From positions 16,058,001 to 16,122,000 of the forward strand of contig OZ024757.1 in assembly GCA_964016885.1 (NCBI GenBank): 64,000 nucleotides of DNA. The letters run 5' to 3'. Below, in pieces: positions 15,268 to 28,240 of this stretch; the stretch's first letter is position 1, and the number at the start of each line of letters is the position of its first letter. Source of the DNA: Eledone cirrhosa. Taxonomy: Eukaryota. The notes under the pieces were generated by a model. The model was not told the DNA's origin, ran no database searches, and saw only the letters and a list, made by a program, of their open reading frames with translations. A program made the translations under genes and the position numbers.

Positions 15268-15277
15268 ATTTATACAT

Positions 15278-15477
15278 NNNNNNNNNNNNNNNNNNNNNNN
15301 NNNNNNNNNNNNNNNNNNNNNNNNNNNNNNNNNNNNNNNNNNNNNNNNNNNNNNNNNNNNNNNNNNNNNNNNNNNNNNNNNNNNNNNNNNNNNNNNNNNN
15401 NNNNNNNNNNNNNNNNNNNNNNNNNNNNNNNNNNNNNNNNNNNNNNNNNNNNNNNNNNNNNNNNNNNNNNNNNNNNN
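15278..15477. other. Assembly gap (200 N)
   Basis: Run of N between a (TATAC)n tract and (TAG)n. Confidence 1.
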
Positions 15478-15485
15478 AGAAAATG

Positions 15486-15535
<50 letters not shown>

Positions 15536-15896
15536 CCTGCTGCCTTATCGATAACTCACTTATCCTAATTTGTTTCGATAAATAAAATATTACTATGTCG
15601 ACGAAATGTTCGAAACTTGGTGAACCACATTATTAAAAAAAAAAAATTCATTCATAAATATATGTGAGAACCTTTGTTAAGTTATGTTCCAAACATCACC
15701 TTTATTATGAGAAATTTACCTATTCTACTAATTTTTTTCATTATTTTCGAAAATAAGTAATATTAGTGACCATAAGCAGTGTTTGTTTATTCGGGGTGGG
15801 GTTGCAATAGAAATAAAGTAATGAAAAGGTCAACATTCGACCGTCTCTAAAATGGCCTCTGTGACCCGGAAATGGCAACTGTTGGGCTCTCATACC

Positions 15897-16730
15897 CATC
15901 ATCATCATCATCATGCGGCCTCAACCGAAACAGGTTCAATGGTAGATTTCCATATAGGTCTGACGCTCATTGCATTACCTAGATCCTGAATATCAATACC
16001 AGGGTGTCTGGCTAGGACATCTGGACAGGAGAGCTGGTAACATCTGGACAGGAGAGCTTGTACCATCTGGACAGGAGAGCTTGTAACATCTGGACAGGAG
16101 AGCTTGTAACATCTGGACAGGAGAGCTCGCAATGTCTGGACAGGAGATCTTATAACATCTGTACAGGAGTGCTCGTAACATTTGGACAGGAGAGCTTGTA
16201 CCATCTGGACAGGAGTGCTCGTAACATCTGGACAGGGGAGCTTATAACATCTGGACAGGAGTGCTCGTAACATATGGACAGGAGAGCTTGTGACATCTTT
16301 GACTTTTGACAGATGTTGGTTTCCTATTCACATCAGTTTATCACACATTACATTGCCTAATTCTTGTACATCAATACCAGAGTGCTTAGCCATGGCATCT
16401 GGACAGAAGAGCTTGTGAAATCTGGATAAGAGAGCTTGTGACATCTTGATAAGAGAGCTTGTGACATCTGCATAGGAGAGCTTGTGACATATTTGGCTTC
16501 AGACAGATGTTGCTTTCCAAAGCACTAAAGGAGACAGCTTCATTTGAGGTACGATGGTAATATCTTGCAAATCTTACCTTCCTTTTTCACATAATATCAG
16601 AAATACGAGGAGGAATATCCTATATTTCTCTAAGAGTCTTATATTACCTCCAACTTAGATTTTTCAGTTCAATGAAGCAAGACTGTATATACTCTATCAC
16701 AGCACTTTTGTTGTAAAATATCCAAGTTTC
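15897..16730 (-). mobile_element. Two tandem RTE-clade LINE 3' ends with a (TGA)n tail
   Basis: LSCPDVLARHPGIDIQDLGNAMSVRPIWKS...* then (ATG)n. A second degenerate copy at ~16300-16730 encodes HSGIDVQELGNVMCD. Confidence 0.65.
16015..16297. repeat. 23-bp minisatellite (CATCTGGACAGGAGAGCTTGTAA), ~12 copies, plus ~4 degenerate copies at 16396-16490
   Basis: Unit starts at 16018 and 16041. Confidence 0.95.
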
Positions 16731-16844
16731 ACTACCATGTAGAGATATGTCTTATTTTAGAGGAATTTTGGTAGACTGGAACGCTAGATTCTCTCAAGCT
16801 ACACCCAGAATTACTTTGACTCTCTATCTCTTCTTTTCGAAGCA

Positions 16845-16884
<40 letters not shown>

Positions 16885-17768
16885 CTCTCTCTGTCTCTCT
16901 ACCTCTATCTCACGCCTCATTGGTTTCTTCTATACGTGGACCCGTAACTCCCGAGAGTTTTACAACCTGGCGGAGTCCATTTCCATGTCTTCTCCAGGTC
17001 TGAACACAGCAGATTTCTTACAGAGAGAGATAGTGACTGAAAGAATGGAAGTGCGAAAGAGGAAGAATCGACGCCTGTATTTGACTGGTACTTTTTTTTA
17101 TTGACTTCCAATGGATGAGAGACATAGTTGACCTTCAGCCGACACTCGTATGTATGGATCCGTAATTTTTGAGGGAATCGTAAAGGCATGTTATTGACCA
17201 ACGGCGTTTCTAAGGCATGTTTAAAGTCTGGCGGAGTCCGCCCCCTCTCTACGTCTGAAAGCAGCCGATTTCTTCCAGAGCAGGGTAGAGACTGAGAGAA
17301 CGGAAGTGAGAAAGTGAGAAAATGATATAGAGGAATAATCAACTCAAAACTAGACCAGTACTTTTATATTGACATCAAATGGATGTAAGGTAAAGTTGAC
17401 CTCGGCTGGATTTGAACTCAAAGAGCCGAGAGCCGAAATGAATACCGCAAGGCATTCTATCTGAAGTTCTAACGACTCTGCAATTCGCCGTCTGTTCCTT
17501 CTATAGTTTCCTAAATTATGTTCACGCTCCAGATACCATATTAACTCCTACTCACGGAACGTCACACACATGGAATACCCTATTTTCCCCTTTACTCTAT
17601 TATTCTATTACATGTTCCAGCAGACCGGCTAAGGCCATGCTGGGGCACCACCTTGTAGAGATTTTTTTTAATTTTTTTTTTATACACCTAGAATACCCAC
17701 CTGTCCCATGCAGAGTTGTTTTTCTCTTCTATTTTTTCATCTTCAGTTATACAACTGCTCAAATGAAA

Positions 17769-17825
<57 letters not shown>

Positions 17826-17829
17826 GAAC

Positions 17830-18032
17830 GATCGACTTTCGTCAAATCGGACCGAGGGAACAATGTTTCCGTTGGTCTTTCCAATTGCTAATACTATCTA
17901 TTGGTCGCAACTCCAGGTAGAAGGAGCAACGTGAAATAAAGTGTCTTGCTCAAGGACATAACGCATCACCTGGTCCAGGAATCGAACTCACAACCTTACG
18001 ATTGCGAATCCAATTCTCTAACCACTCAGCCA
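17830..18032 (-). mobile_element. tRNA-derived CORE-type SINE; close copy at 51647-51860
   Basis: Minus strand has A box TGGCTGAGTGG, B box GAGTTCGATTCC and core TGTCCTTGAGCAAGACACTT. Confidence 0.85.
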
Positions 18033-18374
18033 TATATATATTACCACAACGCATTACTTCATTGGTCTCGAGTGACCTGCGAAGGTCACGGGCAGAGCCC
18101 TTCCCTCAGAACAAGCCATTAAATATAAATAAGACAATCGATACAACCAATGACACAGACTGAGCTATTTAGAAGCCTGAAGTAAGTTGGAAGACAGCCA
18201 GAAAATATCCGGAAGCTTGGCTTTCATTCAAGCATGTTCTCCTTAAAGAAGAACGAAGCCATTAAACAGTTAAGATTACATAACTAAGGAAACAAGTCTG
18301 AGAGAAGGAAGGACAACTCTATGTAAAATGTTTTTTTCTTTTCTAGCCCGGGATTATTACACACGTACAACTGC

Positions 18375-18790
18375 TGTTGTTTGTGGTGGGTGGTGGGTGG
18401 TGGGTGGTGGTGGTGGTGGTGGGTGGTGGTGGTGGTGGGTGGTGATGGTGGTGGTGTTGGTGGGGTGCTGGTAGTGGTGTTTGTGGTGGTGGCGTTGGTG
18501 ATGGTGGTGGGATGGTGTTGTGGGGTGCTGGTAGTGGTATTGGGTGGAGTAGTGGTGTTGGTGATGGAGTGGTGTTGGTGAGGGGAGGTTCTGGTAGTAG
18601 TGGTGGTGTTGTTGGTGGGGTGTGGGTATGGTTAGCGGTGGGCGGGTGGTGGGTTCGTGTTGGTGATGGTGTTCGTGACCTTGGTGTTGGTAGTGGTGGT
18701 GGTCGTGGTGGTGTTGTTGTTGGTGGTGTTGGTGTTGATCGTGATGTCGGTGGTGGTATTATAGTTGTTTTGGTGTGGAGGTGTTGGTGG
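18375..18790. repeat. Degenerate (GGT)n low-complexity tract
   Basis: Directly visible. Confidence 0.9.
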
Positions 18791-19207
18791 TCGATCTGCG
18801 TCCTATCTGACGGTAAGTGTGCCAGTTGTTTGATCAACGGAACATCCTGCTCTTGAAATGATGAACAAAGATGCGGAGTTAATCCCGAACGCAATGTTCT
18901 TAACGCAATTTGACGTGGCCGGCTCTGTGAATTACTGGTACAACTTTTTTTTTTTTTTTTTTCCAGCTGAGCGGACTGGACAACGGGAAATACATAAATA
19001 TTTATATACATTAAATATTTAACATCTGTGATTCACCGATTAAAGGTGAAGTATATTTCTTCAATGGAATATATACAAAGGAGATTAATCATTATTGCAA
19101 GGTATTTATATACAAGGTTCTTGTTAATTTTTAATATGCTACCTACGTAACTATGTGTGGTTACACACTTTACACATTTTCTGCTGTGATTGTTTGATGT
19201 GTTTATT

Positions 19208-19240
<33 letters not shown>

Positions 19241-19346
19241 TGTCAATCGACAATAAATGATTTATTCCTTGGAATCTTTGAGCTTATTCTACAGGTGATA
19301 TGGCGCATGTTTCTGATATTCTCAGACATTACATTACATTAATGTA

Positions 19347-19389
<43 letters not shown>

Positions 19390-19392
<3 letters not shown>

Positions 19393-19593
19393 CGAAGGAA
19401 ATGTGGTAAGGAACCAGGTGGACCATAACGCACCAAAGTACTCAATACTTAGGGTAGTAGAGTGGGTAATAGGAACGAGTAGGACCGCGACGGCTGAGCT
19501 CAAGCCGTTTCGACGGCTAATTCTGGACGCTGAGTCCAGAATTAGCTGTCGAAACGGCTTGAGCTCAGCCGTCGGGGTCCTCCTCGTTCCTAT
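19390..19593 (-). mobile_element. Palindromic half-hammerhead element; other copies at 36946-37139, ~45700-45829 (partial), 51004-51207, 59679-59737 (partial), 60087-60293, 63044-63240 (diverged)
   Basis: An ~80-bp unique tail plus a ~120-bp palindrome (19469-19593) containing GAAACGGCT-TGAGCTC-AGCCGTC; flanked by (TA)n. Confidence 0.9.
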
Positions 19594-19624
19594 ATATATA
19601 TATATATACATATGTCTTCTATTT

Positions 19625-19920
19625 TGTTCCACTTATTCCTGGGAGGGTCGTGGGGACAGAGTCCCCAAACACTCCTTCCAGTAGGTCCTGTGAGAAGCAA
19701 CCGTCTACAATTGATCCAACTGGATTTTTCAAGCGAGACCAGCCGAAGTCACAGATGTTATCCAACCAACTTCCTCGGGGGAGTCTACCCCTGGGTCTCT
19801 TGCCCGTTGGTTTTGCCCGTAAAACCTGTCCAGCGATACTTTCCTGAGAAATTCTAACACCATGCCTGTAATAACAGAGCTGTGATCTCTCAATTTGGAG
19901 AAGTAGCGGCTCTACCTGAA
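19625..19920 (-). mobile_element. RTE (Expander/Rex3-like) LINE 3' fragment
   Basis: Minus frame VEPLLLQIERSQLCYYRHGVRISQESIAGQVLRAKPTGKRPRGR...WLDNI. Confidence 0.8.
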
Positions 19921-19952
19921 GAGAGGGAGATGTAGAGTGTGTGTGTGTGTGT

Positions 19953-19990
<38 letters not shown>

Positions 19991-20397
19991 CTGGCAGACT
20001 GTATTTTCTATTAAATTCCTTGCCCAGGCAGGCGAATTGGAAAATCAATTCCTAGGGGTAGATCCTTCGTCTCCCAAGACTTAAACAGACCTTGTATAAA
20101 CGAAGGAAAAGGGCTCTTGACACGTTTCGTGAAGATTAAATACAGGTCTTAATAGCTTCATTTAGAATAGGATTACTCACAAGGAACACACGTCTAGCTA
20201 TAAACACACACAGACCTCACCCCCCATAAATATATATCTATTTATGTGTTATGTATGTGTGTATGTATGTGTGTGTATGTATGTATGTATGTGTGTATGT
20301 ATGTATGTATGTGTGTATGTGTGTGTATGTATGTGTATATGTAAGTGTGTGTGCGTCTGCATGCATATGTGTATGTACGTATGTATGTATGTATGTA

Positions 20398-20891
20398 TGA
20401 GTTTTCATTCTCCTAGAACTCTGCCTTGACAAAGGCTAAAGGGTCATCTCTCCCGGTGATTTTGGATGGCCATTGACTCTTAAGATCTCTTTTGCCCTTT
20501 GACAGGTTTTTAGGAGAAGGAAAACTCTGATATAACACCTGCAACCCTGATGGTATCCAATGATGTTGACTTGTTCTTCTTTTTGGTAAATATCATCTTG
20601 GTTAAGAGAGTGGGACTGGCTTTGTGCAGTGCCTTTGCTCACTATAAAAGCTTCACGGCACAGGCATTGCTTTATATCTGGAGATCTCTCTGCACTTGTC
20701 GTCACATGGTACCATGGGCGCAGCACTATGTGTCAATAATTGTCACAAGTGTAGTGTTTGTACCAGAGTTTTCAAGTCGCTGGCTGGACTGAAAAGTCAC
20801 ACCCGTTCAGCGCATCGGTAGGGGTTCTCCTACATGGATATAAAGTAGTGGCCGTACTCGAAAACGAGTTGGCAGCCACCATGTATGTATG
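20398..20891 (+). mobile_element. Internally deleted RTE element with C-terminal C2H2 finger and (TATG)n tail; reverse copy at 63760-64000, fragment at ~37990-38035
   Basis: [25 protein letters not shown] followed by GCAGCCACCATGTATGTATG; embedded in (TATG)n. Confidence 0.75.
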
Positions 20892-20894
20892 AGC

Positions 20895-21138
20895 AAATCA
20901 TACATACAGGAGCCACAGTCGCAGACATGTTCAGAGAGAACCAGTGAACTATGATCTCCACGGTATTGTGAAGGTTCACAGGCAACCTGTGCAAGACCTG
21001 AGGCCAGGGAGATCCATAGTTGTCAACAATGTGCGAAAGAGTGCAAGTCTCTCGCAGGCTTGAAAAGCCATATCTGAGCGTCACACATCTGAATCTGACA
21101 AGTGATTGCAATACTCCTAGCACAGTTTGCAGCCATCA
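20895..21138 (+). mobile_element. Second RTE 3' fragment (zinc-finger C-terminus)
   Basis: SCQQCAK...CKSLAGLKSHI motif with frameshift. Confidence 0.55.
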
Positions 21139-21376
21139 TATATACATGTATGTGTGTGTATATATGTATATGTATATATATATGTGAGTGTATATATATA
21201 TGTGTGTGTGTGTGTATACGTGTGTGTTTCGGTATGTGTTCTAATACTAGTTTGGGTGCGATAGCATCCTCTGCCTTACTATCGAACTATATTTGAAAAC
21301 ATCCCCCCACCCCACACCCCCACCCGCCACAAAACAAAGAAACAAAACAATTCCAATAAATAAATAAAGTAATGAA

Positions 21377-21426
<50 letters not shown>

Positions 21427-21838
21427 ATAATAAAATAATAATAAAGAAAGCTACGTGTTAGGGAGTTCACTTTGGGTCATTGGAAACGTGCTTCGCTTTA
21501 ATGTAAGTGACAGACATCCGGTGAAATGATGGTTCTTGTGAATATGTTGTTGGACTGTGTCACATTTTATCTCCAGCAAATATCCATCAATTCTGATTAG
21601 AGGGAACGTTTCTATAATGTATAAATGTATTCTTTTAGTTTCTTATTGATTCTTAGACTTAGACTGTGGACCAACGAGGGTCGGTTGAGAAGTTCACAGG
21701 CTGACTAGAAAGGATTGATACTAGAGTGTGCATTAATTTCAACTCTTATTAATAACTTCATTGTTTCTTTAGAAGGACTATAATATGTTTCCACACACGT
21801 TTTCAGATAAGAAATCTCGGAAAACAAATTCAAAAACG

Positions 21839-21869
<31 letters not shown>

Positions 21870-22058
21870 GTAGGAGGTGAGTTTTATTGTAGTACAATAA
21901 AGCAATGCAGATATCGGATAAGAAGCACTCTACAGTTTGTAGGACTGGAGTATACATAATATATAAGAACAAAAGATGGTTAAAGGAGTTCCATAGATAT
22001 GTTGATTTAAAACTGCACTATCCACAAGTGTTTTTAGCCTTCATATCATGTCCTCCTG

Positions 22059-22125
22059 TTTTATCTGATGAAAACACAAATATTATTGCATGATGATGTT
22101 TGTTTTTGAAATGCGCATAATAAAA
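22059..22125 (+). ncRNA. Type I hammerhead ribozyme (family D)
   Basis: UUUUAU-CUGAUGA-long stem II-GAAAUGCGCAUA^AUAAAA, with palindromic stem III AUGCGCAU. Module 21964-22158 has inverted ends. Confidence 0.85.
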
Positions 22126-22157
22126 TACATGGAACTCCTTTAACAATCTTTTGTTCT

Positions 22158-22191
<34 letters not shown>

Positions 22192-22796
22192 TACGTTGCA
22201 GATGTGCAACGAAAGAATTATGATAAACTATATATATGTGTTTGTGTCTATATTGTATCTGTATTATTTTTGAACGTCGGTCAGTCAATGGCAACATTGA
22301 GGACCGAGTAAGTTAGATTACCGATATAAAAGACACAGAAGCGAGAAGCGAAAACCAACCAAACAGTGAGTGTGTTCTGTTATTAATTCTGGCAATATTA
22401 CACAAATATGACCCTCCCCAAGTATAACAATATTTGTTTGGACACACGATTTCATATAAAAAACCTCGCAAAACTAATTCATCGCCGCTATATATATATA
22501 TATTTATATATATAAACCATTGAACCACAAATATTATAAACAACTTGCATATTTCTACAAGTACATAGTACCTGTTGAAGTATTCATCCACTTTTGTAAT
22601 ATTTCTCCATGTACAGAACAAAACGTTGAATAATGCTGCTAATTTTAGTGGCAATATCAACATGTTTATAATAAACAGTTATTATCAGCGACCTGATTTT
22701 GCGTGTGTGTCATTTTAACGGCTTGACCGCATGCGGTGGGCAGGAAGCGAAATATTTACTTACTATAGGGCTTGCAACCTTATGGTGTGGAAATAG

Positions 22797-22877
22797 GCTG
22801 TCTGAAGATTCATTTCCTTCCATTGGAAATTCTCTGGATTTCCAATCTTTTGGAATGATGAAACCGTCGGTAACAGC
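22797..22877 (+). ncRNA. Type I hammerhead ribozyme (family E)
   Basis: GCUGU-CUGAAGA-uUCAUUuCC..AUUGGAAAU/AUUUCCAAU..GGAAUGAu-GAAACC guc GGUA^ACAGC. Confidence 0.85.
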
Positions 22878-22949
22878 AACAGAACAGGTGATTATTTAAA
22901 TCGTTTTTTAATTTATTTAGAGAATTGTTTGATAACCGCTTGCTCCGCA

Positions 22950-23023
<74 letters not shown>

Positions 23024-23332
23024 TTGACGAGACTAGCATCGGTGGCACTGCTAGTACCGGTTGCATCTCAGCGTAGTCAATGGGTTATGTTAAGTAAACT
23101 CCCAGAGTAGACACAGTTATTCGCTATAACACAACCCACGTAAATGGGTACCTTCAATCTATACCCATACTCGAGTTTCGGCTACATATAATGCAGCACA
23201 TTTCTACTGCCTGCATTTCTTTTGCAACAATACACAATCGGTGCATGTGGTTTCAATATATATATATATATATATATAGATAGATAGATATAGATGTATA
23301 TATATATATATATATATATATAGATATAGATG

Positions 23333-23380
<48 letters not shown>

Positions 23381-23382
23381 TG

Positions 23383-23420
<38 letters not shown>

Positions 23421-23422
23421 TG

Positions 23423-23460
<38 letters not shown>

Positions 23461-23462
23461 TG

Positions 23463-23506
<44 letters not shown>

Positions 23507-23508
23507 TG

Positions 23509-23548
<40 letters not shown>

Positions 23549-23554
23549 TGTATG

Positions 23555-23628
<74 letters not shown>

Positions 23629-23891
23629 TAAAAGGAAAAGAAAATGCTGACAAATTTTTCACAGTGAAAAATAGTTTAATTAGGAATAAGTAAAAATTAG
23701 TAATAAGTATTGGTTAGTATTCAGTTTTAGTTTTAAGTTTTTACCGGTTGCGCATTTCTAATGCTTTTCAAAAATAATTTTGAGATAGAGCGCCGCTGAT
23801 GTTTGCTCTAATCTATATATATGTATCAGGTGATGCTATTAAGTTAGACATGGCATGGTCCAATACTGGCCAAAGTTATCAAAGTTATATG

Positions 23892-24447
<556 letters not shown>

Positions 24448-24450
24448 GCA

Positions 24451-24810
24451 AGGCCGAATAGCTAAGAGGCTCGCTCTACAAATTTTAAGATGCGGGTTTA
24501 ATCCTCATTTCGTGGCCTCCTGGGTTAGTGGTAGCCTATCGTAGCCTCGGTTCGGCTCATGCCGTGTGAATGATAATGGCAAGACCGAAACTGTTTCGAA
24601 ACCCAGTTTCGTCGGCCCGTTGGATGGAGTGAGTGGGTAATTCTAAGGGGCGTGGGGCGTGTGCCCAACGATGAGTCACATTGAATCTCCCTGAACATTC
24701 AACTTTTCGTAATATGCTCAGCCACATGGAGCTTAATTCCATGAGAAGACTGCTCCATTGACGGGGAAAAATATCAGGAACATTTATCATCAATATCGAC
24801 GGAGGACCAT
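24451..24810 (+). mobile_element. Degenerate tRNA-derived SINE
   Basis: Head AGGCCGAATAGCTAAG...GGGTTTAATCC. The body TCACATTGAATCTCCCTGA...CTCAGCCAC is shared with 50300-50590 and 52680-53035. Confidence 0.55.
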
Positions 24811-26168
24811 TCAATTTGTTAAAAACGACATCAATCATCAATACAGACGGAGGACCATTCAATATGTTAAAAACGACATCAATCATCAATACAGACGGAG
24901 GACCATTCAATATGTTAAAAACGACATCAATCATCAATACCGACGGAGGACCATTCAATTTGTTAAAAACGACATCAATCATCAATACCGACGGAGGACC
25001 ATTCAATTTGTTAAAAACTACATCAATCATCAATACCGACGGAGGACCATTTAATTTGTTAAAAACGACATCAATCATCAATACCGACGGAGGACCATTC
25101 AATTTGTTAAAAACGACATCAATCATCAATACCGACGGAGGACCATTCAATTTGTTAAAAACGACATCAATCATCAATACCGACGGAGGACCATTCAATT
25201 TGTTAAAAACTACATCAGTCATCAATACCGACGGAGGACCATTCAATTTGTTAAAAACGACATCAATCATCAATACCGACGGAGGACCATTCAATGTTAA
25301 AAACGACATCAGTCATCAATACCGACGGAGGACCATTCAATTTGTTAAAAACGACATCAATCATCAATACCGACGGAGGACCATTCAATTTGTTAAAAAC
25401 GACATCAATCATCAATACCGACGGAGGACCATTTAATTTGTTAAAAAACTACATCAGTCATCAATACCGACGGAGGACCATTCAATTTGTTAAAAACGAC
25501 ATCAATCATCAATACCGACGGAGGACCATTCAATGTTAAAAACGACATCAGTCATCAATACCGACGGAGGACCATTCAATTTATTAAAAACGACATCAGT
25601 CATCAATACCGACGGAGGACCATTCAATTTGTTAAACACGACATCAATCATCAATACCGACGGAGGACCATTCAATTTGTTAAAAACGACATCAATCATC
25701 AATACCGACGGAGGACCATTCAATTTGTTAAAAACGACATCAATCATCAATACCGACGGAGGACCATTCAATTTGTTAAACACGACATCAGTCATCAATA
25801 CCGACGGAGGACCATTCAATTTGTGTTAAACGACATCAATCATCAATACCGACGGAGGACCATTCAATTTGTTAAACACGACATCAATCATCAATACCGA
25901 CGGAGGACCATTCAATTTGTGAAAAACGACATCAGTCATCAATACCGACGGAGGACCATTCAATTTGTGTTAAACGACATCAATCATCAATACCGACGGA
26001 GGACCATTCAATTTGTGTTAAACGACATCAATCATCAATACCGACGGAGGACCATTCAATTTGTGAAAAACGACATCAATACCGACGGAGGACCATTCAA
26101 TTTGTGTTAAACGACATCAATCATCAATATCGACGGAGGACCATTCAATTTGTGAAAAACGACATCAA
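24789..26168. repeat. 48-bp minisatellite (ATCAATACCGACGGAGGACCATTCAATTTGTTAAAAACGACATCAATC), ~29 copies
   Basis: Unit starts at 24789 and 24837; occasional 46/49-bp variants shift frame. Confidence 0.97.
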
Positions 26169-26589
26169 TTTCAACAACTTCCTCTGTACCTAATCTCACG
26201 GCTTATGATGTGTCGCTATGACCTGTCACAACAAGACATGACATGACCTGCCATATGTTTCTCTACATCACAGGTCATACATTTTTAGGAGGTAGGTACG
26301 ACCCTAACCACGACCACCACAATTGTCACCCTCATCACATCCACCACCACAACTAACACAAACCATTACAATTATTAGCAGACACTACCACCTTCACAAC
26401 CACTGAAACACGCCACCACACCATCGGTATCACTAACACACCCCCACCAACATCCCAAACATTAAGACGCACACAACAGCAACCACTACACCACACCGCA
26501 ACCACTACAACGCAACGCACCACCAAAAACAACACCCCACCGTCACCACCACCAAAACACGCCATCACAACGACTAACAAACGCTACCA

Positions 26590-28240
26590 CATACACAACC
26601 ACTAACACACACCACTACTAACACATACACCGTTCACCACCTCTAACACACACCACCACTAACACACACACCGTTCACCACCTCTAACACACACCACCAC
26701 TAACACACACCACCACTAACACACACCACCACTAACACACACACCGTTCACCACCACTAACACACACCACCACTAACACACACACCGTTCAGCACCTCTA
26801 ACACACACCACCACTAACACACACCACTACTAACACATACACCGTTCACCACCTCTAATACACACCACCACTAATACACACCACCTCTAACACACACCAC
26901 CACTAACACACACCACCACTAACACACGCCACTACTAACACATACACCGTTCACCACCTCTAATACACACCACCACTAATACACACCACCTCTAACACAC
27001 ACTACCACTAACACACACCACCACTAACACACACCACTGCTAACACATACACCGTTCACCACCTCTAACACACACCACTACTAACACACACCACCACTAA
27101 CACACACCACTACTAACACATACACCGTTCACCACCTCTAATACACACCACCACTAATACACACCATTACTAACACACACCACTACTAACACACACCACC
27201 TCTAATACACACCACCACTAATACACACCACTACTAACACACACACCGTTCACCACCACTAACACACACCACCACTAACACAGACCACCTCTAACACACA
27301 CCACCACTAACACACACCACCACTAACACATACACCGTTCACCACCTCTAATACACACCACCTCTAATACACACCACCACTAACACACACCACTAACATA
27401 CACCGTTCACTACCTCTAATACACACCACCACTAACACACACCACTAACATACACCGTTCACTACCTCTAATACACACACCACCACTAACATACACCGTT
27501 CACTACCTCTAATACACACCACCACTAACACACACCACTAACATACACCGTTCACCACCTCTAATACACACACCACCACTAACACACACCACTAACATAC
27601 ACCGTTCACCACCTCTAATACACACCACCACTAACACACACCACCACTAATACACATCACCACTAACACACAGCACCACTAACACACACAACTACTAACA
27701 CATACACCGTTCACCACCTCTAATACACACACCACTAACACACACCACCACTAACACACACCACTAACACACACCACCACTAACACACACCACTAACATA
27801 CACCGTTCACCACCTCTAATACACACCACCACTAACACACAACACTAACATACACCGTTCACCACCTCTAATACACACCACCACTAACACACACCACCAC
27901 TAATACACATCACCACTAACACACAGCACCACTAACACACACAACTACTAACACATACACCGTTCACCACCTCTAATACACACACCACTAACACACACCA
28001 CCACTAACACACACCACTAACACACACCACCACTAACACACACCACTAACATACACCGTTCACCACCTCTAATACACACCACCACTAACACACACCACCA
28101 CTAACAGACACCGTTCACAACAACAACATATACACCGTTCACCACCTCTAATACACACCACCACTAACACACACCACTACTAACACATACACCGTTCACC
28201 ACCACTAACACACAGCACCACTAACACACACTGTTCATCG
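26590..28240. repeat. Compound CA-rich minisatellite built from CTAACACACACCACCA and ACCGTTCACCACCT subunits
   Basis: Directly visible, with higher-order duplications near 27600-28090. Confidence 0.95.

Noticed and set aside
17950-18032. tRNA genes (also ~51780-51860, 61076-61140)
   Set aside because: A/B boxes run straight into SINE cores and no complete cloverleaf forms; these are SINE heads.
18343-19011. 222-aa Pro/Thr-rich ORF
   Set aside because: Built from (ACC)n low complexity plus a SINE tail remnant.
20440-20500. HDV-like ribozyme at an RTE 5' end
   Set aside because: Only a simple hairpin (GGTCATC/GATGGCC); the nested pseudoknot could not be built.
23165-23205. HHR 3' half (stem II, GAAACTCGAGTA) on the minus strand; similar remnants at ~14055, 20118, 32370/32590, 32910, 35270, 35371, 45183
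   Set aside because: The CUGANGA core or stem I is missing or too eroded; probably dead PLE ends, so not called as ribozymes.
24557-26110. 16-aa repeat protein ORFs
   Set aside because: Consequence of a 48-bp period; indel units break every frame and both strands are equally open.
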